Source: Chromera velia (taxonomy: Eukaryota). From it: 58,454 nt of DNA. Positions 40,143 through 52,837 of the stretch are shown here, piece after piece. The position numbers and the translations under genes are program-made. The notes beneath the pieces were generated by a model. That model did no database searches and had not been told where the DNA came from. It saw only the letters and a program-made list of their open reading frames with translations. The stretch spans positions 1 through 58,454 of the forward strand of contig JAHBMJ010000054.1 in the NCBI GenBank assembly GCA_018398765.1, in the 5' to 3' direction. Numbering within the stretch: the first letter of the stretch is position 1; each line of letters begins with the position of its first letter.

Positions 40143-41852
40143 ATGCATCCGTAACCGTACGTGTCCGTGTGGCACAGTGCCTGTGTCTGTGTCGATATAT
40201 GCCGGTGTCCACAAGCTGACGCAAGCATGTTTAGTTATGTGTATACATCATTGTCTGTTTGACTTCTTTCTCCCCTCCTTCCCTCCACTTCTCTCCCTAT
40301 ATCTCTCTCTATCTGTCCCTCTGTCTCTGCTCTGACATCGACTCAGAGTCCTCTCGGCACCTCCCTTTCCGCCTCCTCCCGGTATTTCCCCTTCCTCCCT
40401 GTTTCATCTTCGCTTTCTTTTTTGTTTTTCTCCATTTATTTCTCCTTTAAATTGTCTTAATCCTGTGTATGTTTGCTCCGTTTTTCCTTCTCTCAATCCC
40501 GCTATGCAGACTCTCCACTGTGACTTTCTCTTTGGACTCGCTTCTCTCCTCCCTATAGTGACTGTCCCCTCCTCTTTCTGTATGATCCCCAAAGCTTTCT
40601 AGCCAAGCTTTTTTTACCTGCTCTCCTCCCTCCTTCTTTTTTTCTTCTCTCTCGGAGTCTTTTTTCTGTCTCTTTCTTCTCTTTTTGACTCTTCACTGGA
40701 GGAAATCCTCCACTGAAATCATGCACCTTTCTTTTTTCTCTGTTGCCATGTGAATTACTCTTTCCTTTCCAATCGCTATGCCATTGGTTTAAACCGCATG
40801 AATCTTGTGTGATAGTCATATGCAGCTGCATTCCTTCCTGATTTGAAAGTTGTAGATCGATAAGCAACGACCTGCGCCAATGAGATTCGCTTTAGATGCA
40901 ACCCTCAGCTTGGAGTGTCATTTTTACTTGAAGTTCACATATTTCCATGCACATGTATGTAAATGATAGCTAAACTGTGCCGAAACATTTAACTTTGAAA
41001 CACTTATGTCAGCTGCTGGGTTCGACACACGTGCACTATAGAGCTGGGTGTGCGCAAGCTGTTTTAAAGTTAGATCCCAGGCCGGCTTCTTTTTAAAAAA
41101 TTCAGTGACATGCATTTATAAAAAATAATTCAAAAATTTAATTTGTTCAGCACTTAAAGCGCGGATCTGAGTCGGATCATTTGACAAAGCAGTTTTCTAG
41201 TTTTTATTACTAATTAATAGACTATTAAATATTTTGTAAAAAAAATGTTTATAATTAACTTTTAAACCACCATAAACCTTTTAGTCCAGATAAATTAGAT
41301 TTTAAAGGAATTTGAGATTGCATGGCAGTGTATTAGTTTCTACAAAATGTGCCACATTGTATATGACTGATATAGTCATATTATATTTTTTTGTAAATAA
41401 TGAGTTGATGAATAAATAATGTATGATCATCTCTTTCATTCTCAATTATATGGTATTAGGTGGAAGATTTCAAATTTAGGCTAAAATTTAGGCTTTTTTG
41501 AATGAGTTAAGATAAAAGTCCGACTTGAGGGCAAAAGTCCACTTTTAAAAGCACAAGCCTGGCCGCATATAGCCATATATCTGGGCGGTCTCTTGACCGT
41601 GTACGCCGCAGACGTGGACGGTCTCTTGAAAAACGATGCCGCAGATAGAGATTATCTTGATTATATTTTTTTAAGTGGTACTTAGGTTCAAGGAGGTTAC
41701 TGCATTGAGTTTATCCGTTTGAAAGTCAACGACCATCATCTGATTACTCTTGATTTCGCAGACAAAGATCCATTAGACGTGGGATGGAAGGAGAGAGAGA
41801 AGGGGTCTTTCTCTCCTCTGTTCTCTCTCTCCCTTATTCTCGCTCTCTGACA

Positions 41853-41883
<31 letters not shown>

Positions 41884-41918
41884 TTTGCTCTCTCTCTCTC
41901 TCTCTCTCTCTCTTCACT

Positions 41919-43319
41919 CTGTCTGTGTCTGTCTGTGTCTGTCTGTGTCTGTCTGTGTCTGTCTGTGTCTGTCTGTGTCTGTCTGTGTCTGTCTGTGTCT
42001 GTCTGTGTCTGTCTGTGTCTGTCTGTGTCTGTCTGTGTCTCTCTGTGTCTGTCTGTATCTGTTTGTATCTGTCTGTGTGTGTCTATGTATCTGTCTGTGC
42101 CTGTCTGTGTCTGTCTGTGTGTCTGTCTGTGTATCTGTCTGTGTGTCTGTCTCTGTGTCTATCTGTGTCTGTCTGTGTCTGTCTGTGTCTCTCTGTGTCT
42201 GTCTGTATCTGTTTGTATCTGTCTGTGTGTGTCTATGTATCTGTCTGTGCCTGTCTGTGTCTGTCTGTGTGTCTGTCTGTGTATCTGTCTGTGTGTCTGT
42301 CTCTGTGTCTATCTGTGTCTGTCTGTGTCTGTCTGTGTCTGTCTGTGTCTGTCTGTGTCTGTCTGTGTCTGTCTGTGTCTGTCTGTGTCTGTCTGTGTCT
42401 GTCTGTGTCTGTCTGTGTCTGTCTGTGTCTGTCTGTGTCTGTCTGTGTCTGTCTGTGTCTGTCTGTGTCTGTCTGTGTCTGTCTGTGTCTGTTTGTGTCT
42501 GTCTGTATCTGTCTGTCTGTGTCTGTCTGTGTCTGTGTGTGTCTGTCTGTATCTGTCTGTGTCTGTCTGTATCTGTCTGTATCTGTCTGTATGTCTATCT
42601 GTGTGTCTGTATGTGTATCTGTCTGTGTAACTATCTGTGTGTCTGTCTGTGTGTCTGTTTGTGTCTGTCTGTGTCTGTCTGTGTCTGTCTGTGTCTGTCT
42701 GTGTCTGTCTGTGTCTGTCTGTGTCTGTCTGTGTCTGTCTATGTCTCAGACTGTCTGTGTCTGTCTGTGTCTGTCTGTGTCTGTCTGTGTCTGTCTGTGT
42801 CTGTCTGTGTCTGTCTGTGTGTCTGTCTGTGTACCTGTCTGTATGTCTGTGTCTGTCTGTGTCTGTCTGTGTCTGTCTGTGTCTGTCTGTGTCTGTCTGT
42901 GTCTGTCTGTGTCTGTCTGTGTCTGTCTGTGTGTGTCTGTGTGTGTCTGTCTGTGTCTGTCTGTGTCTGTCTGTGTCTGTCTGTGTCTGTCTGTGTCTGT
43001 CTGTGTCTGTCTGTGTCTGTCTGTATCTTTCTATGTCTGTCTATGTCTCAGACTGTCTATGTCTGTCTGTGTCCGTCTGTGTCTGTCTCTGTCTGTCTGT
43101 GTCTGTCTTTATGTCTGTCTGTATGTCTGTCTGTGTGTCTGTCTGTGTGTCTGTCTGTGTATCTGTCTGTATGTCTATCTGTATGTCTGTCTGTATGTTT
43201 GTCTGTGTGTCTGTCTGTGTCTGTCTGTGTGTGTCTGTGTATGTCTGTGTGTGTCTGTGTCTGCCTGTGTCTGCCTGTGTCTGTCTGTGTCTGTCTGTGT
43301 CTGTCTGTCTGTGTCTGTC
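41919..43319. repeat. 1.4-kb 10-bp minisatellite (GTCTGTGTCT)n
   Basis: Directly visible; it abuts the truncated RT end of the retroelement. Confidence 0.97.
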
Positions 43320-43329
43320 ACTGCAGAGT

Positions 43330-44310
43330 CCCGACTCTAGCACGGATCGGCTTGTCATACTGGTTGTCAACCTCCTCCTCGGTGGAAAGCTCAGCACTCT
43401 TGCCATCTAAACCCTTTTAGGGTTTGCTCGGATGTTTTTCCTTCAAAATCTCCTACAGAGGAGCGGTGTCTGTGTTCTCGAGGTACGAGACCTAGAAGAG
43501 GTGAAGCTCCTCCATGGAGACTCTGAAGATGTCCACCCCAGAGAACTTCCTCTCTGATCCCTCCCTAATCACACATATCGACCCAAAACCCAACCTCTTG
43601 TTGAAGATCTCCTAAAGAACTTTGTACTCCTTCGGAGGGGCTCCAGTCAGCAAATCGTTTATCCAATTCATGACGATAGCTTCGGCTCTCCCTCCCTCAG
43701 GCAGAGCTTCAACTGCGATGGCCGTATCTACCAACTCCAACTCCTTGCACACACCCTCCAACTTGTAGTTGAAAAGCTAGGCCGCACAGGGCAACCCGTA
43801 GAGGCCCATCTCTACCAAATACATGCCCCCGGGCTCGTACTCGGCCGCCATCCTCTTCAGCTCCTCGTACTTGTCGTCAGGGATGTCCTTAAAGGAGTTC
43901 TCACCAGGAACCCGAGGCAGCACAGAGGGCAGTGTCGCGCCGACCCATTCGGCGTTATAGTCCTTGGAGGTCAAGAAGGCAGCGGTTACATCCGCCGCTC
44001 CCATCTCTATTCCTGTGAACACAATAAAAAGGCAGACAGTCATTGTGTTGATTCCCGCGACGGAAGGCGTTTCAACGTAGGTGTCAACGAGTCGGCCGTC
44101 CAAGAAGCCCTTTGCGAAAAACCTCGCCTTGGGCTTCCGGCCTCCATCGTCCATCTCTTTCCATGTGCATCGCCAGCCCATGCCGACGACCGCCCAAACC
44201 TCGTTCCTCTTGACTCTCCTACCGAGCGTCCGATTTCCTACAATGTTCACCAACCACTCCTTTAAGGCAGCGAGCTTGTGAGACCCCGAGTCGATCTCTT
44301 CCTTTATGGC
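43330..44310 (-). pseudogene. Copia-type reverse transcriptase, decayed
   Basis: WRCTWK...KARFFAKGF, AADVTAAFL and GLYGL motifs; WINDLL at the position expected for the (Y/W)VDD motif. Confidence 0.9.
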
Positions 44311-47300
44311 GGGGAGCTAGGTAGAGCTCTTCTTGAAGCGGCTCATCTCCTCCTCGTACACGGCTGCTCCCGTAAACAGGAACCCTGACCGAGGGTTCCT
44401 GGAGGAAAGGCAAGACAGGTGAGGAAGACCACACCACCTACTCTTGGTGGGGCTCTTGGGCGTCCCATCCCATCTGGGACTACCCTCTTCCCTCTCCCAT
44501 GCCATCGCCCCAGCGAACGATGGAATGCCTCTTTCCTCCCGGAAATCATCGTTCCAGTTCCTCCCCGTCACCTCGGGCACTCTTTTAGCTCGCTCCTCCC
44601 TCAAAACCTCCATCGCACAGAGGGTGTTGAACCGCTCCCACTGCGGGCCCTGCAAAACCTCATCTATCTTGTTCATCTCCTCAACCTCCTCCTTGGGCGG
44701 GTTCTGCCTCACGGTGGGTCCTTCTCCTGCCCTGGGGAGTTTCCGACCCTCTAAGACACCCCACTCTTCATCCGAGGAGCTGTTGTCGCTCCCGAAGCCC
44801 GGGCCGCTTGCCTCGAACGTCGACAAGCTGGCAGCCGAGGCATACCCATCCCAGAGATGGAGGCTCCTCATCTGTCTCCACATTCTCCGTAATAGAGCCT
44901 AGTGGCTCAACTCCCCTAACCTCTTTCCCTTCATTAGATGCCCCCTCAGCAGCTGGAGGACCCCCAAGATCCTCCGCTTACTCCTCTCCGCCTGCGTCTG
45001 AAGGAACAACAGGTTGAGACTCAGTAGCCTCGGAGACAACACTTGACTCCCCCTCAACAGGAGGCACAGCAGGAACAGCAGAAGAGGAAGGCACAGCAGA
45101 GGAAGACGACGATGCGGAGAGATCTGCAGACACCGTGTCTATAAAACCTTTTACACCCCCTACCATTTCTTTCTCCGGCAGTTTCTAAACTCCAACTTTG
45201 TGGAGCTGGACGGGGTCATCAATCATGCGCACAGCCTCTTTGGGGACTCTCCCTCCCCGAATATCGAACACGTGCTTGATTGACAACCGCGTCACTCTCC
45301 CGTCCCTGATTTTCTTGACCTTGAAAGCGAGGGGGTCCCTTACCGAAAGATTGGGTGCGAGGTCTGCTCATCCGTAGCTTCTATGCGCCCTTGAGTGGAG
45401 GGCCACAAGCTTTCTCCGGTTGTCCCTCTGGACAACTGCCCTCTTTACGGGGTAGGCCTCCATCGGCTGACGGTCGTACGAGGAAAACTCCAGCACAGCT
45501 GGACCCAAAACTCTCCTCTCTTGGATGGGGGTTCCTTGGGCGGATTGGGACTTATCTGCGCCCTCCGGGTGCGCAGAAGGGTTAATCAGCCTATCCTCTG
45601 GTTCTGATTCGTCCCCTTTACCCCTCTCAGCAGAGGACTCTGCCCCTCTTTCGTCGTCTCCATCATCTCCGGAGACATTCCTTCTCCCAGACAATCTCCG
45701 CGGTCGTCTGTGAGCAGATAGGCGGAGGCGGGCCCTCTCCCCAACGGAGAGGCCATGATGTAGAGCTTGAGCAGATCCGGGATGAACGTCCTCCCCGCCA
45801 TTTCCGCCTCCTTCATCATCTGTTCCCCCGCCCCAGTCTCCTCCAGAATAACCCCCTAGAGATAGGTTATGTGAAGAATCGTCTGAGGGAGGGTCCCCGT
45901 GGCCTCCACCTCCATCAGGAGGATTTCTTCCGTCATCTCTATCGTCTCTGTCTGACCTGCTTGATCTACCCCACAGTAGAGACTCAGAAGCGAAGGTGTC
46001 CTTCTTAGTCTCCTCATTCTCTGCACTTGACAACTGAGAGCGAGGGGACCCTTCCCCTCCCCTTCTCTCTCTGCCTGTCTTTCCCACCGACACATCCGAA
46101 AGCGCCTCCCAAGCTCGATCCCTGCGGCCGACCTCGTTTTTGTCCACCCTGTCTCTGGGGTCCTTGGGAAGGACGACCTCAACCGTGGGGTCTTCTCTCT
46201 TGAACACGATGGGGCGTGAGCGGTCATCATGATGCTTCAACCTGTGGAACATGCACCTGACCTGGTAGCACCTCTCACACATGAGGCACCACGCCTTCTC
46301 ATCCTCATTGCTCTCCGTCCTCTGGAACACGTCCCAAAAGTGTTCCATCATCCGATCTCCTCCTTCCGTGTACGCTCGGATGCTTGCAGCCACCGGATCC
46401 GGGTCGTAGAAGCTCGGAAAAACATAATTCTGGAACTCGATCCACTTGTACCCGTAGTACCTCTCGGGAGAACCGACAGCCATGGACAGCCCAACTGTCT
46501 AGAACTTCCCCTCCAGAGGGGTCCAGTATACATACTCGGCTCCCGGGGGTTCAATCTAAGACAGCCCGTCTATCTTCCTTAACTCTTTATCTGCCTGGAT
46601 CCACTCCTGCTTAGGCCTGTCCAAGTACTTGAGCGCCTTGTGCATATAGTATCGCCCCCTACGCTTGCCTCTAGCCGCAGTGGGAGCAATAGAGACTCGG
46701 AAACTCATCGAAGTGGTCCACCCCTTTAAGATCTCGATCCGACGGGGTTAAGGAGGTGAGTATAGGTAGATGACCTAGTTCTATGACATGATCTTCTTGA
46801 GGCTGTCCTCCTCAAAATCGAAACCCATGTCTCCAGGGAATACCCCACATGCTTCCTGGATTTTGTCCTGCATTTTTGTTGCACTCCCACTTCTCCATGA
46901 GTCCCCTCTGACTCCTGTCGTCAGTTGAGGAGCCAGATAGTTCTTGAGGGTGTCAAGGACCTCTCCTTGAGTGATCTCCCCCAAGTCGGGGTAGAGTATG
47001 AGCGCGAACCGACAAGTCTAAGCATCATACACCCCCCGGCGGTACGTCATGAACACCGGCCGCTCCACCTTCCAATTATACCCCAGGGGCTTCCCGTTGG
47101 CCCCCAGAAGACGTTTCCCCTTCTTGTCAAAAAAGAAGGGGCCTGGATCCTTGACCTTCCTTCCCCGTGAAGGAGCGCGAGTGTGCTGCTGCACAGTACC
47201 AGGCATGCGCAGCACCCCAGGGCCTGACGGGTCCAGAATGGTTCCTTTCATAAAGAAGCCGAACGGGACAAAGAAATCCGGCAGCGGCGACTCCCCGGAG

Positions 47301-47645
47301 TCGACGGAAGCCCTGTTGGATACAACAGGAGACGGAGACCGTGGGCGGGCGCCCGCCGCCCCTGCTTCCCGTACCGAGGCCTCGGCCTGAGCAGGAGAGG
47401 ATTCGGAGGGCTCTGCAGGAACGGGAGGAGGGAGGGGGGGAGGGAGGCACAGCAGAGGGGAGGGCAGATGAAGACAATGACGAAGCCAACGCCTGCGCCT
47501 CCGTGCTTGAAATCTCCTGAAGGCCCTCACGAAGGTGAGTCAGTCGAGGGGCTTCCCGCAAGCCCACAACACCTTCACCCTCATCAGCTAGCTAGAAAAA
47601 AAATTTCCTCGCCTGCCACTGTGTCCCTCGCTGCATTCCCTCATA

Positions 47646-48495
47646 ATAGGGGTGTAAGAACAGGGGGGGAGGGGTGTGTTCGAGCTCTTAGGACTCCAGA
47701 TCTGACGGAGTCCCCCCCGTTCGAGCTCTAAGGAGATCAGACCCCTGTGAACGGGGACCTCCCCGTTTGGAGAGCTCTATGTAAGAAAAAATGCTAGGTC
47801 ATGAAGACAACCTAGATGCTAACCTTCATGAAGCCTAAACTATTCTCAACTCTAACTCAAAACATACTTAAACTTCTGAAATTCTAGCTAAAATCTTCTT
47901 GTAATATTTTGTAACTTAAATAAAATTAACTTCAGCATCAATTGAATTCAACTCCGTCATGAGGTGTCATTAATCAGCTTCTAATTTTTTCTAATTTGTT
48001 ATCAAACAAAGAATGGCAGAGGCAGAAACACTTGCGATATAGACATTAAGTGATCAATGTGCCCTTATGTATCAGGGCAGTCGTTGTACACCTGCAGAAA
48101 GGCAGCCAAAATTCTTTTAAAAGGACTTCAGAGGGAAAAACAATGAAAAAATTAATGGTCGGCAACGGATCAGCGATCTAAATGGGGTCTGGGCTTGAGC
48201 AGCAGAATCAACAGCAGTGTAAAGCAAGAGAAAACAGAACAACCATATAAGAAAGCGACTGTTCACAGAAGGCGGGGCATGGCGGGGCAGATGAATCATT
48301 CAGTGACAGACTCGAAAAATTAATTTTGACCGTGCGCACGAACTCTGCGCGCCCCTTGTTCAATCCGACGGGTCCCCCCCCCCATTCGCGCTCTGTGGCC
48401 CCGTCCGAAGGACGGGGCCCCCCCATCGGGCAGGCTCCTGCCTGCCTCACCGACGGGGTCCCCCCCCCCGTCTAAAAGAGATTTTATACCCCTAT
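47646..48495. mobile_element. 850-bp MITE with ATAGGGG termini and 8-bp TSD, inserted in the retroelement
   Basis: TIR ATAGGGGTGTAAGA / TTTTATACCCCTAT (12/14); TSD ccctcata (47638-47645) / ccctcgta (48496-48503); subterminal GACGGGGTCCCC repeats. Confidence 0.8.
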
Positions 48496-48749
48496 CCCTC
48501 GTATCGACCCACCGGAGAGGTTACCGGAAGGACGAGAGGGAATCCCGTGTGTCTGAGGTCATTTCTCCCTTCCCGCCTGCGGTAGCGGGCGCCTGTTCCC
48601 CCCTCCTGCCTGGCAAAAGTTTTCCATAGTCGAGGATCCTCCTGTTCTCTGCCCGCTAGAGCCAGGAGGATGGTTCCTTTCTGATCGAAACGAGGCCCCC
48701 CCTAGAGCCGGAGGTTGTCCGGGACCGTCTACAAATGTTCTGGGTGGAC

Positions 48750-49620
48750 CTGCAGGACAGTAAAACGTTCCCCTTGAACGTTTTTCTCCTTATGCCTGTG
48801 AAGGACCACGACAACGTCATGCATGAGCGGAGCCAGGAACTGCACAATGACTCCGCACAATTCTATTCCCAGGGAGGGCATGGACACCACCGCGGTATCC
48901 CCCACTCTCCATCCAGGAGGCGCTCTTCAAAAAGTTAGGGTAAAAGGGATGCCCCCCACCGTTCTGTTGAACGCACAGGAATACCCCCATCGCGACGAGA
49001 TGAATCACCGCAAGGGGAAAACGGTGGTTCGGGTCTGACATGAGGAGGGCCACTCCCTCCCAATTGCTGTGAATGCAGCGCTCGACCAGAGCCTGCAGAC
49101 CCTTACCCACGTACGGCGGTCTCTGACGATACTTGATGGGGTACATACAGTCCGGGGGACCCGTCCCCCCGGAGCCACGACTGAAAGGAGGCACCCACTC
49201 CCGCCTTCTCTCCATCCATGCACACCAGGTACGGACGCCCCAGCCAGTGAGCAAAGTAATATGCGCAGTCGATGAGGGAAGCCTCATCTTTCTCCTTTGC
49301 TGGGTGTGCCAGAGAGAACCTGGCTTCTGGCTTGTAGAGAACCACTATCATTCCGAAGCCCCCTGTCTTGGCCTTCGCAAAAAGGTCCTTGAAGAACTAG
49401 ATGTCGATGATCCAGACCGTTCCCTTGATCGGCCTTCAATCGGCAGACAACTTCTCACTCCTTTTGTGAATCCTCGGAGTGATCGCGTTCTTCAGTTGAC
49501 AGAGGGGACACGCAGAAATCCACCTTCTACAGTCCTCATCGATCTCAATGCCCTCTGCCGCGAGAGTCTCCTTAAGATTATCGAAGTTCTGGTGTCTGTA
49601 GCACGTGTGGAGCGCCATCG
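48750..49620 (-). pseudogene. Retroviral-type integrase, decayed
   Basis: HTCYRH...CPLC zinc finger; WIIDI, CMDGE and LVER catalytic-region motifs; stops and frameshifts. Confidence 0.85.
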
Positions 49621-52600
49621 CCTCGCGCTTCTGGTCTATGGAGACGGCAGAGAAGGCAGCCAGGTGCGTCTGTTCATACTCGTAGTCCCATGGTTTGAAG
49701 TGGGCGGCGTCTCCACTATCAAACTTTCTCACCGAGAGAAAGGGACCTTGCTGACAGTGGTCGGTGTCCGCCAGCTTAGAAGCAATCTATCCACCCACGA
49801 CCCAATACATGATCAGGTAGGCAGCCACTGGGACCTTAATGCCGTCGGGTGTGGCTCTGAAGTCCTTCTTGGCCAACCTCTTCTTCTCCTCCTCAGAGAG
49901 AGGGTGCTTGGGAATCCTCTCATAAGGATCCCTCTACTGCTTCAGCTGCCGCGCCTTATTCCGCCGGTCCCACACCTCCTGCAATGACTGGAACCGGTAC
50001 CCACAGGAACCGCCTTGGGGACCTCCCCCAAGGAAGTGCTCAAAGGACTCGTTCGGAACCGCCTTGTAGTGCGGGCTGCGGTCATACACTGCCCGAGGGA
50101 GGTGGTTGAGGCCATACCCGTCCAACGTGTCCCCCTCAGGGCTTGTGGATAATGCAGGCCTCCGGTGCCCCCACCTTGAAGGGGGTGTTCATGACCTCAA
50201 CATCTACCTGCCGGATTCCCTGTCACACTCCCTCCTGATATATCAGGTCCATAGACAGCCTCACCCTGTATGAGATCTGTCTCTCCTCCTTTTTTCTCTC
50301 TGCCCACGCGCGGTAGGCGGGAAGAACATCCTTCGTTACTAAACGAGGGACAAAGAGACCTGCACCAGGAGTATTTCAAATCAGCACGTCAGGGAGGTTC
50401 GGCTGATCGACCGTGTGGAAGAGGCAGGGGACGATAATGTTCTTGGGAGCGCCGGAGGGGTCGTGTGTCCCGAATCGGATGCCAAGAACCGCAGGACAGG
50501 AGAACACCGCTTTATCCCCCAGTCTCCGTGACTGGAGGGGCATTTCTAACCGCACCTTCCACTCAATAAAATCTTGTCCCATGACAAGATGCTCATAGTG
50601 CCGGTGCCTTGCCCTCCTGGGAAGCCCCCCATCTGGGGGCCCATCTCCCTTCTCCCCAGTGTCCCCCGTGAACAAACCCATCCAGTCTAGGATATCCGGC
50701 CCCCCAAAGGCACGGATAAGACTCCTCATCTTTCTCCAAGAGATGAGGTTCCCGAACGTATAGGAGTCAATATGGATCTTGAGGACCCTGTACTCGGCGA
50801 GCTCGGGGATCAGGGATCTCGCATTTCCCGAAACCTTGTAGACTTCGAACTTTTCTGGAAACCCAGCCCGACGCCGGGCCCTGCTTGGGTCGTTTATTAG
50901 TTCACTCTCGTACTGGGAGACCGTATAGACAGCAGACTTTGAACCAGAGGGCACCAAACCCATGGTGGTCTCGTCCTCCGGTCCCCGTGTGCGAGAGATG
51001 ACCTCAGGGAGATGGGGGTCATGCTCTTTCATCATGTTCCTGATGCGCTGGACTCCTCCCGCAGTGAACTCAGACTGGAAGGCTTGTATGACCGTCATAC
51101 AAGTCTCCAAGCCTGCCGGGAAGATAGCCCACCCCATTTGTTCCAAGCCTGTCCGTTCAGGCTCATCGGACAAGAGCGTTTGCCACGCTTCACGGACTCC
51201 TTCTCTCTATACATCGATCCGTGTGTGGGTCCCAACAGGATTCCAAGCAGACAGGCGCTCCATAGCCCCATCATGCCACACAGGGAAGGTCGTTGTGTCA
51301 TAGTCGGGTGAGTACTTGGCTCCAGGCTCATAGCACAAAGGGAGGCCAAGCTGGTCTGCAAAGCGGACCTTTCCGAGAGACCCCTCCCCATGAAGGATCT
51401 TCTCTTCACCCTTGAACGCGTGGGTGGTCAGGTCGAACGAGTCCCCTTTCCCACATGAGACGTTACCCGTCACTACAACAACGTCATCGTCATCCTGACC
51501 CCCAGGATTGACATGCTGCGAGGACACAGGAGGGACACTACCCCCCCGCTACGCCTGTCCAGAGTCTGAGTTCTTCTTTTCGAAGTTCTCGTTGTTGAAC
51601 CTGCTGGGAAAGAGGGTGCGCCCACCACGGCCGCGACCTCCACCGCCTCCTCTCCCCCCTGAGCCGCCCCTACGACCAGGATAAGGAGACCCTCGATGGT
51701 CTCCGGAGCCGCCTTCATGGCCTCCTCCTCCCGGAGGACTTTTAGGACGGCCTCCGGAGCCGCCCCTGTCCTGCCCGGTCTTGTCTATCTGCTTTATCAT
51801 CCATCACTTCTTCACGTTCTTGTCAGGGCAGTTGTTGGGAAGATGGCCTATCGTTCTGTACGCTGGACAGCCGTTCTTCTTCCGAATCCAAGGACAGGCT
51901 CCATGGCCCCCCTACTCTGCATGTCCATCCAGACAGTTGCATCTCAGGCACTGCCTATAGGCTTGTGCCTTCTTAAGTGGACTTTTGCCCTCAAGTTGGA
52001 CCTCAAACTTAAATTGCCCAAAAAATAAATATTTTTATGCTGTGTTTTAATGTACTAATAAGGATTAGACAAAAAAAAAATAGAAACTAAATATATTAAA
52101 AGACGTTAAACAAATTTCACTGAAATTGACCACTTCTAGATAAATGATTTATTCACAACTTTAACCTGATGATGATGTATAGAGTTAAAGCCGGTGAGCC
52201 GTATAAACTCTGGCCAACCTAGAGCGTCATACATAGAGTTAAACTTTCGACTTAGGCCCCACTGGAGTAAATTGAAATATGATTATCAATTTAATTAGTC
52301 AAATTTCATTTTGTTTTTTTTGAATATAAAGTTAATTATATTTAATTTATTATAAAAAAATAAATGAGATTCAAACATATGTGCATTTATGATAGTAAGT
52401 AAAATTAATACTACGATCGACAATAAGTGATCAATTATAAAAATTTATATAGATTTTATATACTGTGAGACATGCATACACAGAAAGAAACACATATAGA
52501 CATATACGTACATACGTACAGACATAGAAATTGAGCGACATATATATATGCATATAGAGACAAATAAAGATATACACGTATAAACACATATGCATACACT

Positions 52601-52837
52601 GTATTCAGATGAAGGGTTTTACATCAATGTATGTGTACAATATCTATCTATCCATATATATGTATACATTTGGTCTTAAATTTAAATTGTCTGATACACA
52701 AAATTAAAAATATATGGTGAAAGCTCATAATTAAAGTAAGATCAACAAAGTAATCATAAGTTTAATAGATTTAAAGATAAATAGTGTATGTATCATTCAA
52801 GTAAGCCTTCTAATGAAGCGTGATTGATGATTGTCTG

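Larger units (their letters stand above)
43322..51950 (-). mobile_element. Decayed Ty1/Copia-type retrotransposon (gag knuckle-PR-IN-long linker-RT), truncated, no LTR seen
   Basis: Degenerate CCHC CPAYRTIGHLPNNC (51869-51828); protease-like [13 protein letters not shown]; integrase HHCC and D,D,E; Copia-type RT. Integrase precedes RT. Many in-frame stops. Confidence 0.88.

Noticed and set aside
41784..43420. ORFs of ~510 aa
   Set aside because: They are translations of the 10-bp minisatellite.
45368..48500. A second retroelement (LTR plus gag) giving a permuted domain order
   Set aside because: The AT-rich 47646-48495 segment has TIRs and a TSD, so it is a MITE rather than an LTR; the flanks join as one element.
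49133..49987. 284-aa plus-strand ORF
   Set aside because: It is the antisense shadow of the integrase region.
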